From: an uncultured delta proteobacterium
GTDB lineage: Bacteria; Myxococcota_A; Polyangia; Polyangiales; Polyangiaceae
DNA: 64,000 nucleotides
NCBI GenBank assembly: GCA_963850305.1
Contig: CAWKKR010000008.1
Coordinates: forward strand, 384,001 to 448,000
Direction: 5' to 3'
The notes below the pieces were generated by a model that saw only the letters and a list, made by a program, of their open reading frames with translations, made no database searches and had not been told where the DNA came from. Of this stretch, positions 34,299-45,526 are shown piece after piece. Within the stretch, counting starts at the first letter, position 1, and every line of letters starts with the position of its first letter. A program made the translations under genes and the position numbers.

Positions 34299-35690
34299 GT
34301 GCCGACGCGGTGGGTGCTGCTGGTGGACGGAAATGCGGCTGCGGCCGTGTCGCTCGCCGGCCTGGATTTCGGGGAGCGCGTCTCCACGCGGACCGCGACG
34401 AGCGTGACCACTGCCGTCGCGATGCTCGAGAGCGACCCGGTGGACGTCGTGGTGCTGGACGTGGACTCTACGGGTGTAGCCACCGCGCTGGCCGAAACGG
34501 TCCAGCGGTTCGACGTCCCGGTGATCGCGATCGGCGAGCCCGGAATTCGCAGCGCAATCGACGCGGTGCGCGCAGGAGCCGCTGATTACATCGAGCGGCC
34601 GTGCGACCCGGAGGAACTGCGACGCGCCGTGGGCAAAGCATTCGCTGCGGCGGAGCGCGACGCTGCTGAACCCGCAACGCCCGCGCCAGCGCGCTCCGGG
34701 TTCCTGGGAGAATCGCGGGAAATGCGGCAGGTCGGGGAAGCCGTGGATCGCGTCGCCCAGGGAAACGCGACGGTCCTCGTACGCGGCGAGACGGGCACCG
34801 GCAAGGAGCTCGTCGCCCGCGCGGTCCATGCGCGGAGCTCGCGGGCGGAGGGTCCCTTCGTGAAGGTGCATTGCGCCGGTCTGCCTGACACGCTGCTCGA
34901 GAGCGAGCTCTTCGGGTACGAGAAGGGCGCGTTCACCGGAGCGGTGACCAGCAAGCCTGGCCGCGTGGAGCTGGCCGAAGGCGGCACGCTGTTCCTGGAC
35001 GAGATCGGCGACATCAACCCGCTGATGCAGGTCAAGCTGCTCAGGCTCCTTCAGGACCGCGAGTACGAGCGCCTCGGCGGGACGAAGACGATCCGGGCCA
35101 ACGTGCGCTTCGTCTCGGCGACCCACCGCCCCCTCGAGAAGATGGTCAGGGCGGGGGATTTTCGCGAAGACCTCTTCTATCGGCTGAACGTGGTGCCCGT
35201 CTGGCTGCCGCCGCTCCGGGCGCGGCGGGAGGATATCGGGCTGCTCGCTCGCCATTTCTGCACCGCATTCGCCGCCGAGCACCGGCGTCCAGGCTTTGGC
35301 ATGACCGACGCGGCCATCGCCGCGCTGCAGGCAGAACGATGGCCGGGCAACGTGCGACAGCTCCAGAACCTCGTCGAGCGCCTCGTGGTGATGACGGCTG
35401 GAAATGCGATCGACGCCGCCGACGTCCGCCGGGAGCTCTCACCCGAGGTCACCTTCGCCACCCGGACGGGAGTGTCCGCCGTCCGCCCGCCGAGCGCGGT
35501 CGACAGCACGTCGGGCCAGCTGATCCCGCTCGACGACGTCCTTCGCGCCGCCGAACGACGTGCCATCGAGCGGGCGCTGCACCACGCGAAGGGGAACCGC
35601 GCCCTCGCGGCCCGACTCCTTGGAACGAGCCGCGCGAACCTCTACAACAAGCTCGACGAGTACGGGCTCGCGAAGACGGACGTCAGGTAG
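34299..35690 (+). CDS. Sigma54-dependent enhancer-binding protein (receiver-AAA+-Fis HTH)
   Basis: GETGTGKE, ESELFG.EKGAFTGA, FLDEIG, FREDLFYRLNV, WPGNVRQL, C-terminal HTH; start GTG 34299 or ATG 34209. Confidence 0.93.
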   Translation: MPTRWVLLVDGNAAAAVSLAGLDFGERVSTRTATSVTTAVAMLESDPVDVVVLDVDSTGVATALAETVQRFDVPVIAIGEPGIRSAIDAVRAGAADYIERPCDPEELRRAVGKAFAAAERDAAEPATPAPARSGFLGESREMRQVGEAVDRVAQGNATVLVRGETGTGKELVARAVHARSSRAEGPFVKVHCAGLPDTLLESELFGYEKGAFTGAVTSKPGRVELAEGGTLFLDEIGDINPLMQVKLLRLLQDREYERLGGTKTIRANVRFVSATHRPLEKMVRAGDFREDLFYRLNVVPVWLPPLRARREDIGLLARHFCTAFAAEHRRPGFGMTDAAIAALQAERWPGNVRQLQNLVERLVVMTAGNAIDAADVRRELSPEVTFATRTGVSAVRPPSAVDSTSGQLIPLDDVLRAAERRAIERALHHAKGNRALAARLLGTSRANLYNKLDEYGLAKTDVR

Positions 35691-35713
35691 GGCGGACCAG
35701 GGCCACCGGAAGT

Positions 35714-35798
35714 GTCCACGAGTTGGACGCTCGAGGCGTCCAGCGGCGTGGACGCGGTGCTGATTTCCCGGCGTTTTTCCCTTGGCCCCGACCTTGCT
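35714..35798 (+). promoter_or_regulatory. Sigma54 promoter with two upstream palindromes
   Basis: TGGCCCCGACCTTGCT (35783-35798; GG-N10-GC); GTCCA-N5-TGGAC (35714-28) and GTCCA-N6-TGGAC (35738-53). Confidence 0.7.
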
Positions 35799-35810
35799 CT
35801 TGGGTCCGGC

Positions 35811-37247
35811 ATGACTCAAGCCGCCGCCTGTCCGTTCACCCGCCTCCAGCAACGCGTGGTCGCGCCCTTCATCACCGACGTGGTCGGAGACGTCGCGCGT
35901 CCGCGCCGTGCGCTCACTCCGTGTCGCGACCTCGCTCACCTGCCGGGCGAAGGAGGCGTGCTCGCCGGCATCGCCAACCTCGCGGGGTGGACGCGGCGAG
36001 GGAACGCTCACCTCGTCGAACAGCACCAGCGCTTCGGCCCCGTCTTCCGGACTCGCCTCGGCCCGACGCCGATCGTCTGCGTCTCGGATGCCGAGATGCT
36101 CGTGCGCATCATGCGGAACGAGGACCAGGCGTGGTCGGCCGCCCTCGCCTGGAGCAGTGTGTTCCGGGGGATCGATCCGACGAGCCCGACCATCGGATCC
36201 GTGTCGACCCTGGACTTCGAGCAGCACCGGCAGGCGCGACAGCTCTTGCAGCCGGCGTTCGGCGCGGCGGCGATCGCCGGCTACCTCGACGACGCGATCC
36301 CCGCGATCGAGGCCGCCGTCGACGGCTGGATCCGCCGCGGCCGCGTTCCTTTCAAGTCGGAGATCCGACGGCTCCTCGCGAACGTCTCCCTCCGCATCTT
36401 CCTCGGCATCGAGAACGAAGACGACGGAGCCTTCCTGGATTGCGCGCTCGCCGACGTCTGGCGTGGCCCGCTCGCGGTCGCAAAGAACCCCTGGATCAGC
36501 CCCGGCTGGAGGAGGGCGATGCGCGGCTATCGCACGCTCCAGGAATGGCTCAGGCCGCAAGTGGCTGCGCGACGCGCCCGCGGCGGAACGGACCTCTTCA
36601 GCCGTCTGTGCGTCGAAGCCGGGCGCGCGGACCTCGACGACGAGGCGATGCTGCGGCTCTTCATCGGGGTGATGCTGGGCGCGTTCGACACGACGTCGTC
36701 GGGACTCTCGAGTATGGCGTACCTGCTCGCGAAGCACTCGACCTGGCAGGACCGTCTCCGCGACCAAGCCTCCTCCCTCGGATTCCCGCGCCTCCGGTAC
36801 GACGATGTGAAGCGCCTCGAAGCGACCGACCGCGTCTGGAAGGAGACCCTCCGCCTGTTTCCCATCGCGGCGGACGTGCCGCGCTACACGCTCCGGGACG
36901 TCGACCTCGGCGGACACCGCATCCCCGCCGGGACCTTCGTTCTCGCGATGATGGGTCCGGTGATGCAGGACCCCGCGTGGTGGACGGAGCCCGCACGGTT
37001 CGATCCGGATCGCTTCCTCGAGCCTCGCGCCGAGGACCGCAAGCACAAGGGACTCTTTCTCCCGTTCGGTTCGGGCGCTCACGCTTGCATCGGCACACAC
37101 CTCGCGAACGTCGAGGTCCGCGCCTTCTGGCACACCATGCTCACCCGCGCCCGGTTCAGTCTGAAGCGCGACTACGAGGCGCACCACGCCTACGACCCGC
37201 TCGGGATGGTGTCGGGGGACGTGGAGCTCGTCGTGGAGCGGATCTAG
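35811..37247 (+). CDS. Cytochrome P450
   Basis: I-helix GAFDTT, ETLR, FDPDRF, heme motif FGSGAHACIG. Confidence 0.95.
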   Translation: MTQAAACPFTRLQQRVVAPFITDVVGDVARPRRALTPCRDLAHLPGEGGVLAGIANLAGWTRRGNAHLVEQHQRFGPVFRTRLGPTPIVCVSDAEMLVRIMRNEDQAWSAALAWSSVFRGIDPTSPTIGSVSTLDFEQHRQARQLLQPAFGAAAIAGYLDDAIPAIEAAVDGWIRRGRVPFKSEIRRLLANVSLRIFLGIENEDDGAFLDCALADVWRGPLAVAKNPWISPGWRRAMRGYRTLQEWLRPQVAARRARGGTDLFSRLCVEAGRADLDDEAMLRLFIGVMLGAFDTTSSGLSSMAYLLAKHSTWQDRLRDQASSLGFPRLRYDDVKRLEATDRVWKETLRLFPIAADVPRYTLRDVDLGGHRIPAGTFVLAMMGPVMQDPAWWTEPARFDPDRFLEPRAEDRKHKGLFLPFGSGAHACIGTHLANVEVRAFWHTMLTRARFSLKRDYEAHHAYDPLGMVSGDVELVVERI

Positions 37248-40200
37248 ATTCCGGACTCGCCGAGGACCGCTCGAGCCAGCGACAGCGTCTCGGCGTTCTC
37301 CAGAACGCGCGTCAGGTACGACTGTCGGCGCGTCGGATCGTCGAGAGTGGCAGCGATGCGCAGGATGCGCTCGCGCGCCTCTAGAAGCACCCACCTCCCG
37401 CGCTCCGCCTCGCCGAGTGCAAGCAGCGCACGAGCCTTCGTCAAGCGGAAGCTGGAAGTGCACGCGAGTCCCGGCCGAACGCGCGCGCTCACGTCCTCGG
37501 CCTGGTTGGTCGCGTCCAGCGCGGCGCTTGCATCGCCCTCTTCCAGGTGAATCCGGGCGAGCAGAGCGAAGCCCTGCGCTCGTTCCGCGCTGTAACCTGT
37601 CGTGAGGACCGTCGCCGGGACCAGGGCCCTTTCCAGCTCCGATTCTCGGAGCTCGGCCTCGGCAAGCGCCACCTCCGCCAGGGCGCGATATCCGTAGTGG
37701 GCAGACGAGCTGACTGCCCGCGCTTCCGCCCGCGCTGGCTCACAGGCGCCCGCCCTGGCGTGGGCTGCCGCTGCGAGGGCGTGAGCATGGTCGGACTGGA
37801 GGCGGATCCGCGTCCGATGGGCTCGCGCGACCGCCTCGCGGGAGATGGCCAGCACCTCGTCGAACGCCCCCACCTCGAGCAGGACGAAGGCGTGAAACAG
37901 CGGGGCGAAGGCTTCGGCGAGCTTCGCCGGGCCGCCGCGGGCGAGCTCGACTGCGCGCTGGCCATGCTGCAGCGCCGCGCCCAGGTTCTCGTTCCAGATT
38001 TCAAACAGCATCAACGTGAGGCGCCGGAAGGTCTCGAACACGACGTCTGCTTGCTGGCCTGTCTGCGCGGCAGCTTTGTCGAGGCGGGCGATGAGCGAAG
38101 GAATGAGGTCCCCTCGGCCAGCCACGTTCAGCCCGCCGAAGACATTCAGCATCGCCTGTGCACACGGGCCAGTCGGTTCGAGATCTCGCTCGAGCCTGCA
38201 GAGCGCCCGGACGCCGAGGGCCACCGACTCCGGGCGATCGAGCACCAGCAGGGACCCGACCGCACGCATCCACAAGGCGCTACCCACTGGAAGAAGATCG
38301 ACGGCGGCGCCAGCCCCTCGAGCCACGAGATCCCAGTCTTGAAGCCCAATCCCTGCGTAGGACTCGACCTCGCGGAGCGCCCCGAGATATTCCCCGCTAG
38401 CCCCGCACCGAACCCCGCGCTCGATTGCCGCGAACGGATCTCCTCCGGCCCCCATGACGGCGCCCTGTGCGAGCCGGACGATCGATGGAACTGCCCGCTC
38501 AAGCACTCCGCCTCGCTCGAAGTGATCCGCAAGGATCGTGGGGTTCGCCTCTCCACGCTCCTCCAGCCATTCGCCCGCGAGGCGGTGACCGGTGACGCGA
38601 TCGGCCTCGGTCAGCGTCGCATAGGCGGCGTCCCGAAGGAGTGCGTGACGAAAGGCGAACTCGCGCTCGAGCGGGAAGCGGCTCTCGGGAGACTCCGCGA
38701 TGAGCTCGCGATCCACGAGGGCCTCGAGCCACGCCCCAGGCGCGGTCGCCGGCCCGAGCAGCGCCTCGACACCCCCCTCCCAGAATGCTTCTCCGAAGAC
38801 GCTCGCGGCCCGAAGAACTCGCCGAACCTCGGGCTCGAGGCGTTCGACGCGCGTCAGGGCCATCGCCAGAACCGACTCAGGCAGGCCGGTTTCCCCCGCG
38901 TCTGCCTGTCGGATGAGCTCCTCGAGGTAAAAGGCGTTCCCCTCGGCGCGATCCACGATGCGAGCGACGGTCTCTGGAGAGAGGCGTTCACCAAGCACGG
39001 CGGCGAGGAGCCGCTCGGCTGCTCGTCGACCGAGTGGCGAAAGCCGGATCTCCTGCGGCGCCGCGGCGTCCCAGAGCCTCGGGAATTGCTCGTGCACCTC
39101 CGGGCGCGCAAGTGCCACTACGAGGAAGGCCCGATCCGCCAGGCGTCGCAGCGCGTCGCCTAGAGCCTTGAACGACGCTGCATCACCCCAGTGCAGATCC
39201 TCGAGAACGATGACGAGGGGCGCCCGTCCAGTCTCGCCGTCGAGAAGCTCGTGAAACGCCCGCCGCTTCTGGTCCGCCATGACGACTGGATCATTGCGAG
39301 CGGATACCAGAGCTGAGCTAGGAGCCTCGTCCGTCGGGATTCCCGCGAGCTCTCCGATGATCTCACGCAGGCGATCACTTGCGTTCGCTGACGGAAGCCC
39401 ACGAACGTACGTGCGCACTCGTCCGTGGTGCGCGGATCCAGCTTCGCCGGGACGGAGCCCGATGGCGTTGCGAGCGAGCCTCTGCGCCACGAGAAACGGT
39501 GTGCCAGCGGAGACGGCTTCCGCGCGCGCCAAGAGCACGCGAACGTCGCCACGCCCGCGAACCTTCGAGATGAACTCCGCCCCGAGTCGGGACTTTCCCA
39601 TGCCAGGTGGCCCGATCACGACCACCGCTCGGGCAACCGTTTCGGCAAGGCACTCGGCAAGCGTCAGTTCGAGCATGCCCAGCTCTCGCTCCCGCCCGAC
39701 CGTCGGCGTCGGTTTGCCCATGAGCCGGCGCGGCGCCTCCAGATCGGTCCGCTCGCGGGAGAGAAAGCGCTGCGCAGCCCGAGTTTGCAGGTCGAATCTG
39801 GCCTCCACGAGACCGGCGGTCACGTCGTCGATGCGGACACCCACCTCGCCCCCGCTGACTGAATCGCGGAGCAATGCGGCCGCACGATCGATGGCTGCCC
39901 CGACTGGCAGACGCGCGGTCGTTTCGGCGCGTCCGGTGGCGAGTGCAACGCGATGCTCGGGTGTCGCACGTAGAATCTCGAGCGCACACGACGCGCCCGC
40001 CGCCGCTTGATCGCTCGCCGCACCCCCACCGGACAGAACGAACAAGAGGGCACCGCTCTGGAGCGGCGTGAACTCGGCTCCGAAACGCGCCGCGATTTCC
40101 CGTGCAGCGCCGACATCGACGAAAGCCTGGTCCGGAGTGATGGTCTCGGCGCTTCCTGCGTCGCGCGGCTCCGCGAGGATCACGCTGACCACTCGCTGCT

Positions 40201-41080
40201 CCGAATGAGTCAGGCTCGTCGGAGCACGCGAAGGCGGAGACGACAACGTCCGAACGGCCGCGAGCGCCGGCGTTTCGAGCAATCGCACGACGGCAGCGGC
40301 GTCCGCGGGCCGATCCGCAGGCTTCTTGGCGAGGAGGCGCGCGACAAGCGTGTCCAGCGACTCGCCGAGCCCTGGCACGAGGTCGCTCACCTTCGGCGCT
40401 TCCTCGGCGAGCACCTTCGCGAGAATTGCAACTGCGTGTGCGCCTGAGAACGCCGGAGTGCCGGTGAGGCACTCGAACAGCACGCATCCGAGCGCGAACA
40501 CGTCTGCTCGCGCGTCCACGTCGCGCGAGCCCATCGCCTGCTCGGGTGCCATGTAGCCGACCGTGCCGAGCATCGCTCCCGTCTGCGTCAGCCCACGTGT
40601 CTCGAGACGCGCTCGCGCGATACCGAAATCGAGCACCTTGACCTGCGCGACGTCACTGTCCACTAGGAACAGGTTGCTCGGCTTGACGTCGCGGTGGACG
40701 ATGCCGCGTTCGTGCGCGAAGGAGAGCGCCTCCGCGGTGCGGCGGATCAGGGAGAGAGAGTCGTCGACGCGGAGCGGACCTTTCGTGAGTTTTTCCGCGA
40801 GATCTTCGCCTTCGAGCAGCTCCATCGCGAGGAATGGACGGCGCTCCGCCGTGTCGCCGTGCGCGACGTACCGGACGATCCCCGGATGCGCGAGCTCCGA
40901 CAGGACGCGGGTCTCGCGCCGGAACCGGTCGATCGCGTCCGCAGATCCGAGGTCGAGCACCTTGAGCGCGACGGAACCGCCGTCCGCGCGATCCGTCGCC
41001 AGAAAGACGGACCCCATGCCGCCGCTGCCGATGGGACGCTCGATGACGAAGCGCTCTGCGACGAGGTCGCCGACCCACAC
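37244..41080 (-). CDS. Ser/Thr kinase - degenerate cyclase-like - STAND ATPase - TPR protein (paralog 1)
   Basis: GSGGMG, VALK, HRDVKPSN, DFG, APE; GPPGMGKS Walker A, LEDLHWGD Walker B, GNAFYLEEL, FRHALLRDAAY. Confidence 0.92.
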   Translation of the reverse strand: MWVGDLVAERFVIERPIGSGGMGSVFLATDRADGGSVALKVLDLGSADAIDRFRRETRVLSELAHPGIVRYVAHGDTAERRPFLAMELLEGEDLAEKLTKGPLRVDDSLSLIRRTAEALSFAHERGIVHRDVKPSNLFLVDSDVAQVKVLDFGIARARLETRGLTQTGAMLGTVGYMAPEQAMGSRDVDARADVFALGCVLFECLTGTPAFSGAHAVAILAKVLAEEAPKVSDLVPGLGESLDTLVARLLAKKPADRPADAAAVVRLLETPALAAVRTLSSPPSRAPTSLTHSEQRVVSVILAEPRDAGSAETITPDQAFVDVGAAREIAARFGAEFTPLQSGALLFVLSGGGAASDQAAAGASCALEILRATPEHRVALATGRAETTARLPVGAAIDRAAALLRDSVSGGEVGVRIDDVTAGLVEARFDLQTRAAQRFLSRERTDLEAPRRLMGKPTPTVGRERELGMLELTLAECLAETVARAVVVIGPPGMGKSRLGAEFISKVRGRGDVRVLLARAEAVSAGTPFLVAQRLARNAIGLRPGEAGSAHHGRVRTYVRGLPSANASDRLREIIGELAGIPTDEAPSSALVSARNDPVVMADQKRRAFHELLDGETGRAPLVIVLEDLHWGDAASFKALGDALRRLADRAFLVVALARPEVHEQFPRLWDAAAPQEIRLSPLGRRAAERLLAAVLGERLSPETVARIVDRAEGNAFYLEELIRQADAGETGLPESVLAMALTRVERLEPEVRRVLRAASVFGEAFWEGGVEALLGPATAPGAWLEALVDRELIAESPESRFPLEREFAFRHALLRDAAYATLTEADRVTGHRLAGEWLEERGEANPTILADHFERGGVLERAVPSIVRLAQGAVMGAGGDPFAAIERGVRCGASGEYLGALREVESYAGIGLQDWDLVARGAGAAVDLLPVGSALWMRAVGSLLVLDRPESVALGVRALCRLERDLEPTGPCAQAMLNVFGGLNVAGRGDLIPSLIARLDKAAAQTGQQADVVFETFRRLTLMLFEIWNENLGAALQHGQRAVELARGGPAKLAEAFAPLFHAFVLLEVGAFDEVLAISREAVARAHRTRIRLQSDHAHALAAAAHARAGACEPARAEARAVSSSAHYGYRALAEVALAEAELRESELERALVPATVLTTGYSAERAQGFALLARIHLEEGDASAALDATNQAEDVSARVRPGLACTSSFRLTKARALLALGEAERGRWVLLEARERILRIAATLDDPTRRQSYLTRVLENAETLSLARAVLGESGI

Positions 41081-41084
41081 GGGG

Positions 41085-44000
41085 CTACGCCTCTTCCCCG
41101 AGCCACTCGCGGGCGAGGGCTATCGTGCGGCGATTGGGCTCGTGGTTCGTGAGGTATGCGTGTCGCGTCGCCCCGTCGTCGAAGCCGCCAGCGTGGCGGA
41201 GGAGCCGGTCGCGCGCGGTTCGGATCGCGCCGTTAGCCTCCATCTCACGTCCAGCAGCGCGGAGGCACTCGGCGTGGCTGAGGAGCACGATGCTGCGGTG
41301 GGTTGGCGACATCGGGGACTCTTTGTGGCCGGTGGCGGCGCGCTCGGCGAGGGCGAGGGCTTCTCCGACGGCGCCGCGCGCGAGAAGAACCTGCGCGTGC
41401 AACGCATGCATCACCTGGTGGAAAATCGGCATCGTTGCGTCGACTTCCGAAAGCGAGGGCAGGCAACGCTCCGCAGCGTCGGCATCGTGCGCGCGGTGAA
41501 GAAAGAAAGCCGCTAATGAGATCCGAGCTGAGCCCCTCCTCGACGCATCCGTCGCGTCCAGGTGTGGACGGAGCAACTCCGGACCGTCGAGCGCCCCCGA
41601 ATCCGCCAGTGCCACGCTTCTCATCAGGCGCGCCGAGGCAACGGTGTAGTCGGCTCCGATCGCTCGATTGAGCTCGGACGCCTGCTCGAACTCCGTGGCG
41701 GCCTCGCTGAAGTGCCCCACTTCATAGAGCCCGAAACCAGCGTAGTACGGGACGAGCGGAATCGACCAGGACGATTCGGACAGGGCGAGTTGACGCGAGC
41801 TCTCACGCGCCATCGCGAGGCCGCGTGCGACATCGTCGTCGGCCCAGGATGCGACCCAGTGACACGCCATCACACGGTAGCCACAAAAGTCCGGTCCCAG
41901 TGCTGCGCTCGCGCCGACGGCGGCAGCGGCCTCGTCCATGCGTCCGAGAATGCGCCGCCCGAGGACCGATTGCCCGAACATCAGCGCACCCACGACGAGA
42001 GCCAGGAGCGCAAATCCGAGCGGCCCTGTCGCCGCCGGCATTGCTTCGAGCGCCATCACACTCGACAAGATCTCGGCGCCGACCACCGCGCTTTCGTCCG
42101 ACCACGCGGCGACCATGATCGAGCCGGCCGCGAGAAACCAAGCCGGATGCGTGGCAGGGAGAAGCCGGATCGCGTCGCGTCCCGCTTCGACCATCAGACG
42201 CGCGTCTCCCAGGGATAGGGCCCTCCCCGCCTGCTGCGCACGGACGAGTCCCCGGTTCATCCCGGTTGCGCCTGCGGCGAGTGCTCGATCTCCGAGCTCG
42301 ATGGACCTCCGCGGGGATGCACGACCGACGCTTTCGAACATCGCCGTCACGAGCCACGGCACCGCGTTGGCCAGGTCCTCTGCCCGTTCGAAGTGGTCTG
42401 CCACGGCGAGTGGCTCGGCTCCGTCGATCCGCCCGAGCCACTCGCCCGCAAGAACATGTCCCGCCTTGCGATCGCTCTCCGTGAGCATGCCGTAGGCCGA
42501 GTCGCGGAGCAGGGCGTGGCGAAATGTGTATTCCCGTTGCCCGGCGAACCGGCTGTCCGCTACCCGGCTCAGCACTTCGCGCTCCGCCAGCGCTTCCAGC
42601 CACGCTCCGGCGCCCGCGTCGCCGCCAAGAAGAGCGGACACTCCGCCCTCCCAGCACACCTCTCCGAACACGCTCGCTGCCCGCAAGACGCGGCGCGCTT
42701 CCGGCTCGAGGCGCTCGAGGCGCGACGCGGCCATTGCCGTGACCGTCTCCGGGAGGCCCTCGCTCCCCTCTGCCGCGCTCCGGATGAGCTCTTCGAGATA
42801 AAAAGCGTTGCCCTCGGCTCGCTCCACGATGCGGGACACGATGTCCGGGCGTGCGCTTTCACCGAGCACCGAGCGCACGAGTCGCTCAGCCGCGCGTCGG
42901 GTGAGCCCGTCGAGGCGAACATCCTGGGCTCCGGAGCGCCCCCACAGCTTCGGGAACACGTCGCGGCCCTCGGGCCTGCCGAGTGCCACGATGAGCAAGG
43001 GGCTGTCCGCGAGTCGCCCCAGGGCGGCTTCGATTTGCGCCACGCTCTCGGGATCCGCCCAGTGGGAGATCCTCCACGATCAGGACCAGTGGCCCTCGCG
43101 CACATTCCGCATCGAACCACGCCGGGATCGCCTGCCGCACTCTCTCCCCCAGGAGCCTCGGGTCGTTGCGCGCGGCGAGGAGTCTGTGGCTCGGCGGATG
43201 CGGCGTCGGGACACCGATGGCCTCGCCGACGAACTCCGCCGCGCGCTGCGCCTCCTCGTCGGGCCAGAGGGCCTGCAGGTACTCGAAGAAGCGCACCTGC
43301 TGCACGGGCAGGGGCTCGCCGTCGCGGAGTCGTGCTGCTCTCCGGATCAGACTTCGCACGATGGCGAGAGCAGAGCTTCCACCGACGGCCTCGCTGCGCG
43401 CGAGGAGCACGCGCGCTTTCCCGTCCCGCCGAGCACGTGCCAGAAATTCGGTGGCGAGGCGCGACTTCCCGACGCCCGGCGGTGCCGTCACGAGCACGAG
43501 GCGAGCCACGCTGTCGTCGGTGCACTCGGCGAGGGTTGCTTCGAGGAGGCCGAGCTCCTTCTCTCGTCCGACGGTCGGCGTCGGTTTTCCGAGAAGGGTT
43601 CGCCGGGCGTCGAGCCCGACCGCCTCTCCTACGAGCAGCGGGCCCGATCCGTCTCGCTGCACCACGAAACGCCCGCCGAGTAGCCCGGCGCTCAGAATCG
43701 TCGAGGAGGATCCCCGCGCGAGGCGCCGGAGTCTCCGCCCGCAGGAGCGCCGCGACCCGATCGATCGCCGGGCCGATCGGGAGCCGCTCTCCCGTTTCCG
43801 CGCGTCCCGTGGCGAGCGCAATCCGCAGGTCAGGGAACGCACGGCGTACTGCGAGCGCGCACGCTGCCGCGCGCGCCGCCTGGTCGGTGGCCGCACCCTT
43901 TCCCGAGTGCACGAAGAGGAGCGAGCCGCCCTGCACCGCGGTCAGCTCGGCGTCGAACTGGCGCGCGATTTCCTGCGCTCGACCGAGCTCCGAGTCCGCC

Positions 44001-44953
44001 GCATCGGGTGTGGACGTTTCGGCGACGGCTGCGCCTCCGGAAGGCTCGGCAAGAATGACGCTGACGACCCGCTGTTCCGAGCGCGTGAGACTCGCCGGCG
44101 AGAGCGAAGAACGGTCACGCTTCTCTGCCGGCGAAGCCCCGAGGGTATCGAACAGATCGCGCAGCCGTGCAGCACTCTCGGGACGCTCATCGCGGTTCTT
44201 CGCGAGCATCGCCGCGACGAGCGTGGCGAGTGCCTCCCCGACCTCGGGTCGGAGCTCCGTCACTCGCGGCGCCTCCTCGGTGAGCACCTTCGCCAGGATC
44301 GCGACGGCGTGCTCGCCCTCGAACGCGGGGCGTCCCGTCAAGCACTCGAACAGCACGCACCCGAGCGCAAACACGTCCGCTCGCGCGTCCACGTCGCGCG
44401 AGCCCATGGCCTGCTCGGGCGCCATGTAGCCGACGGTCCCGAGCATCGCGCCCGTCTGCGTCAGGCCACGAGTCCCCCCGGCGCCGCGCGCGATCCCGAA
44501 GTCGAGCACCTTCACCCGCTGGACGTCGCTCTCGACCAGGAACAGATTGCTCGGCTTCAGATCACGATGAACGATGCCCTGCGCGTGCGCGACGGTTAGG
44601 GCCTCGGTCGCGCGCCGGATCAGCACCAGACTCTCCTCGACGGTCAGGGCCTTCCTCGAGAGCCGCTCCGCGAGATCCTCACCCTCGAGGAGCTCCATCA
44701 CGAGAAAAGATCGTCCTTCTGCCGTCTCCCCGTGCGCGACGTACCGCACGATCCCGGGGTGCGACAGGTCGGAGAGCAGCCGCGCTTCCCGCCGAAACCG
44801 CTCCGCCGCGCCGTCCGTCACGAGGTCGAGAACCTTCAACGCGACGGGCTCACCGCCCAGCCGATCGGCGGCGCGAAATACCGAGCCCATCCCGCCGCTG
44901 CCGATGGGATGCTCGATGACGAACCGATCCGCGACCACGTCGCCGACCCACAT
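41085..44953 (-). pseudogene. Ser/Thr kinase-STAND ATPase-TPR protein (paralog 2), two frameshifts (~43697, ~43065)
   Basis: Three successive frames are colinear with paralog 1; extra A at 43696-97 and extra G at 43064-66 break LDDLSAGLL and EDLHWAD. Confidence 0.85.
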
Positions 44954-45051
44954 GGATGGCGAGGATCGGTCATCGCCGGAAGAACGTCCAGCGGGCGTGC
45001 CGATCGCGGCGCCGTGGCTGCGATCGGGCATCCGTGGCGGACCGCGCGCAT

Positions 45052-45156
45052 GTCCAAACGGTGGACGGCTCGGCGCCGGGGACTGTTCAGGTACCCGGAC
45101 GCTCCGCTCCGGAAGAGCACGTTTCCCGGCTTCTCGTGAGTGGCACGGCTTCTGCT
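45052..45156 (+). promoter_or_regulatory. Sigma54 promoter with two upstream palindromes
   Basis: TGGCACGGCTTCTGCT (45141-56); GTCCA-N5-TGGAC (45052-66), GTTCA-N6-CGGAC (45085-100). Confidence 0.7.
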
Positions 45157-45526
45157 GTTCTGGCCAGCAGACCCGGAGCGATGACGATCATGATCACCCT
45201 GTGGCGACGCCCGCTGAAGTCGAACGTCGCCGTCCCCTGGGACCAGCTCATGAGGTCTCAGCTCAGGTCGGCCCCGCGCCCGCTCGCGTCGCCTGGTGTG
45301 CGGGAACCGGCGAAAGTGACCGTGGCGGTAGTCGGAACTTCGAGCACCGGGTCGAGAACCGGAGCCGAACCTGCCCGAGCGCGCACGTCGAACGGAGTCG
45401 CGGCTCAGGGCTGGGCGCTCGAGAGAGCAGGCGCGGCGTGACGGCTGATTTGCTTCGCGAGACCGTCAGTCAGCGGGGGTGCGTCATTGAAGGCGCTGCC
45501 CCGCAGGAGAGCAGTGAGGAAACCCA

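Noticed and set aside
35811..37247. Secondary-metabolite cluster around the P450
   Set aside because: No PKS, NRPS, terpene or RiPP genes and no ferredoxin nearby.
45181..45441. 86-aa ORF behind the sigma54 promoter
   Set aside because: No motif and weak coding signal; may be a leader of the collagen-like gene.
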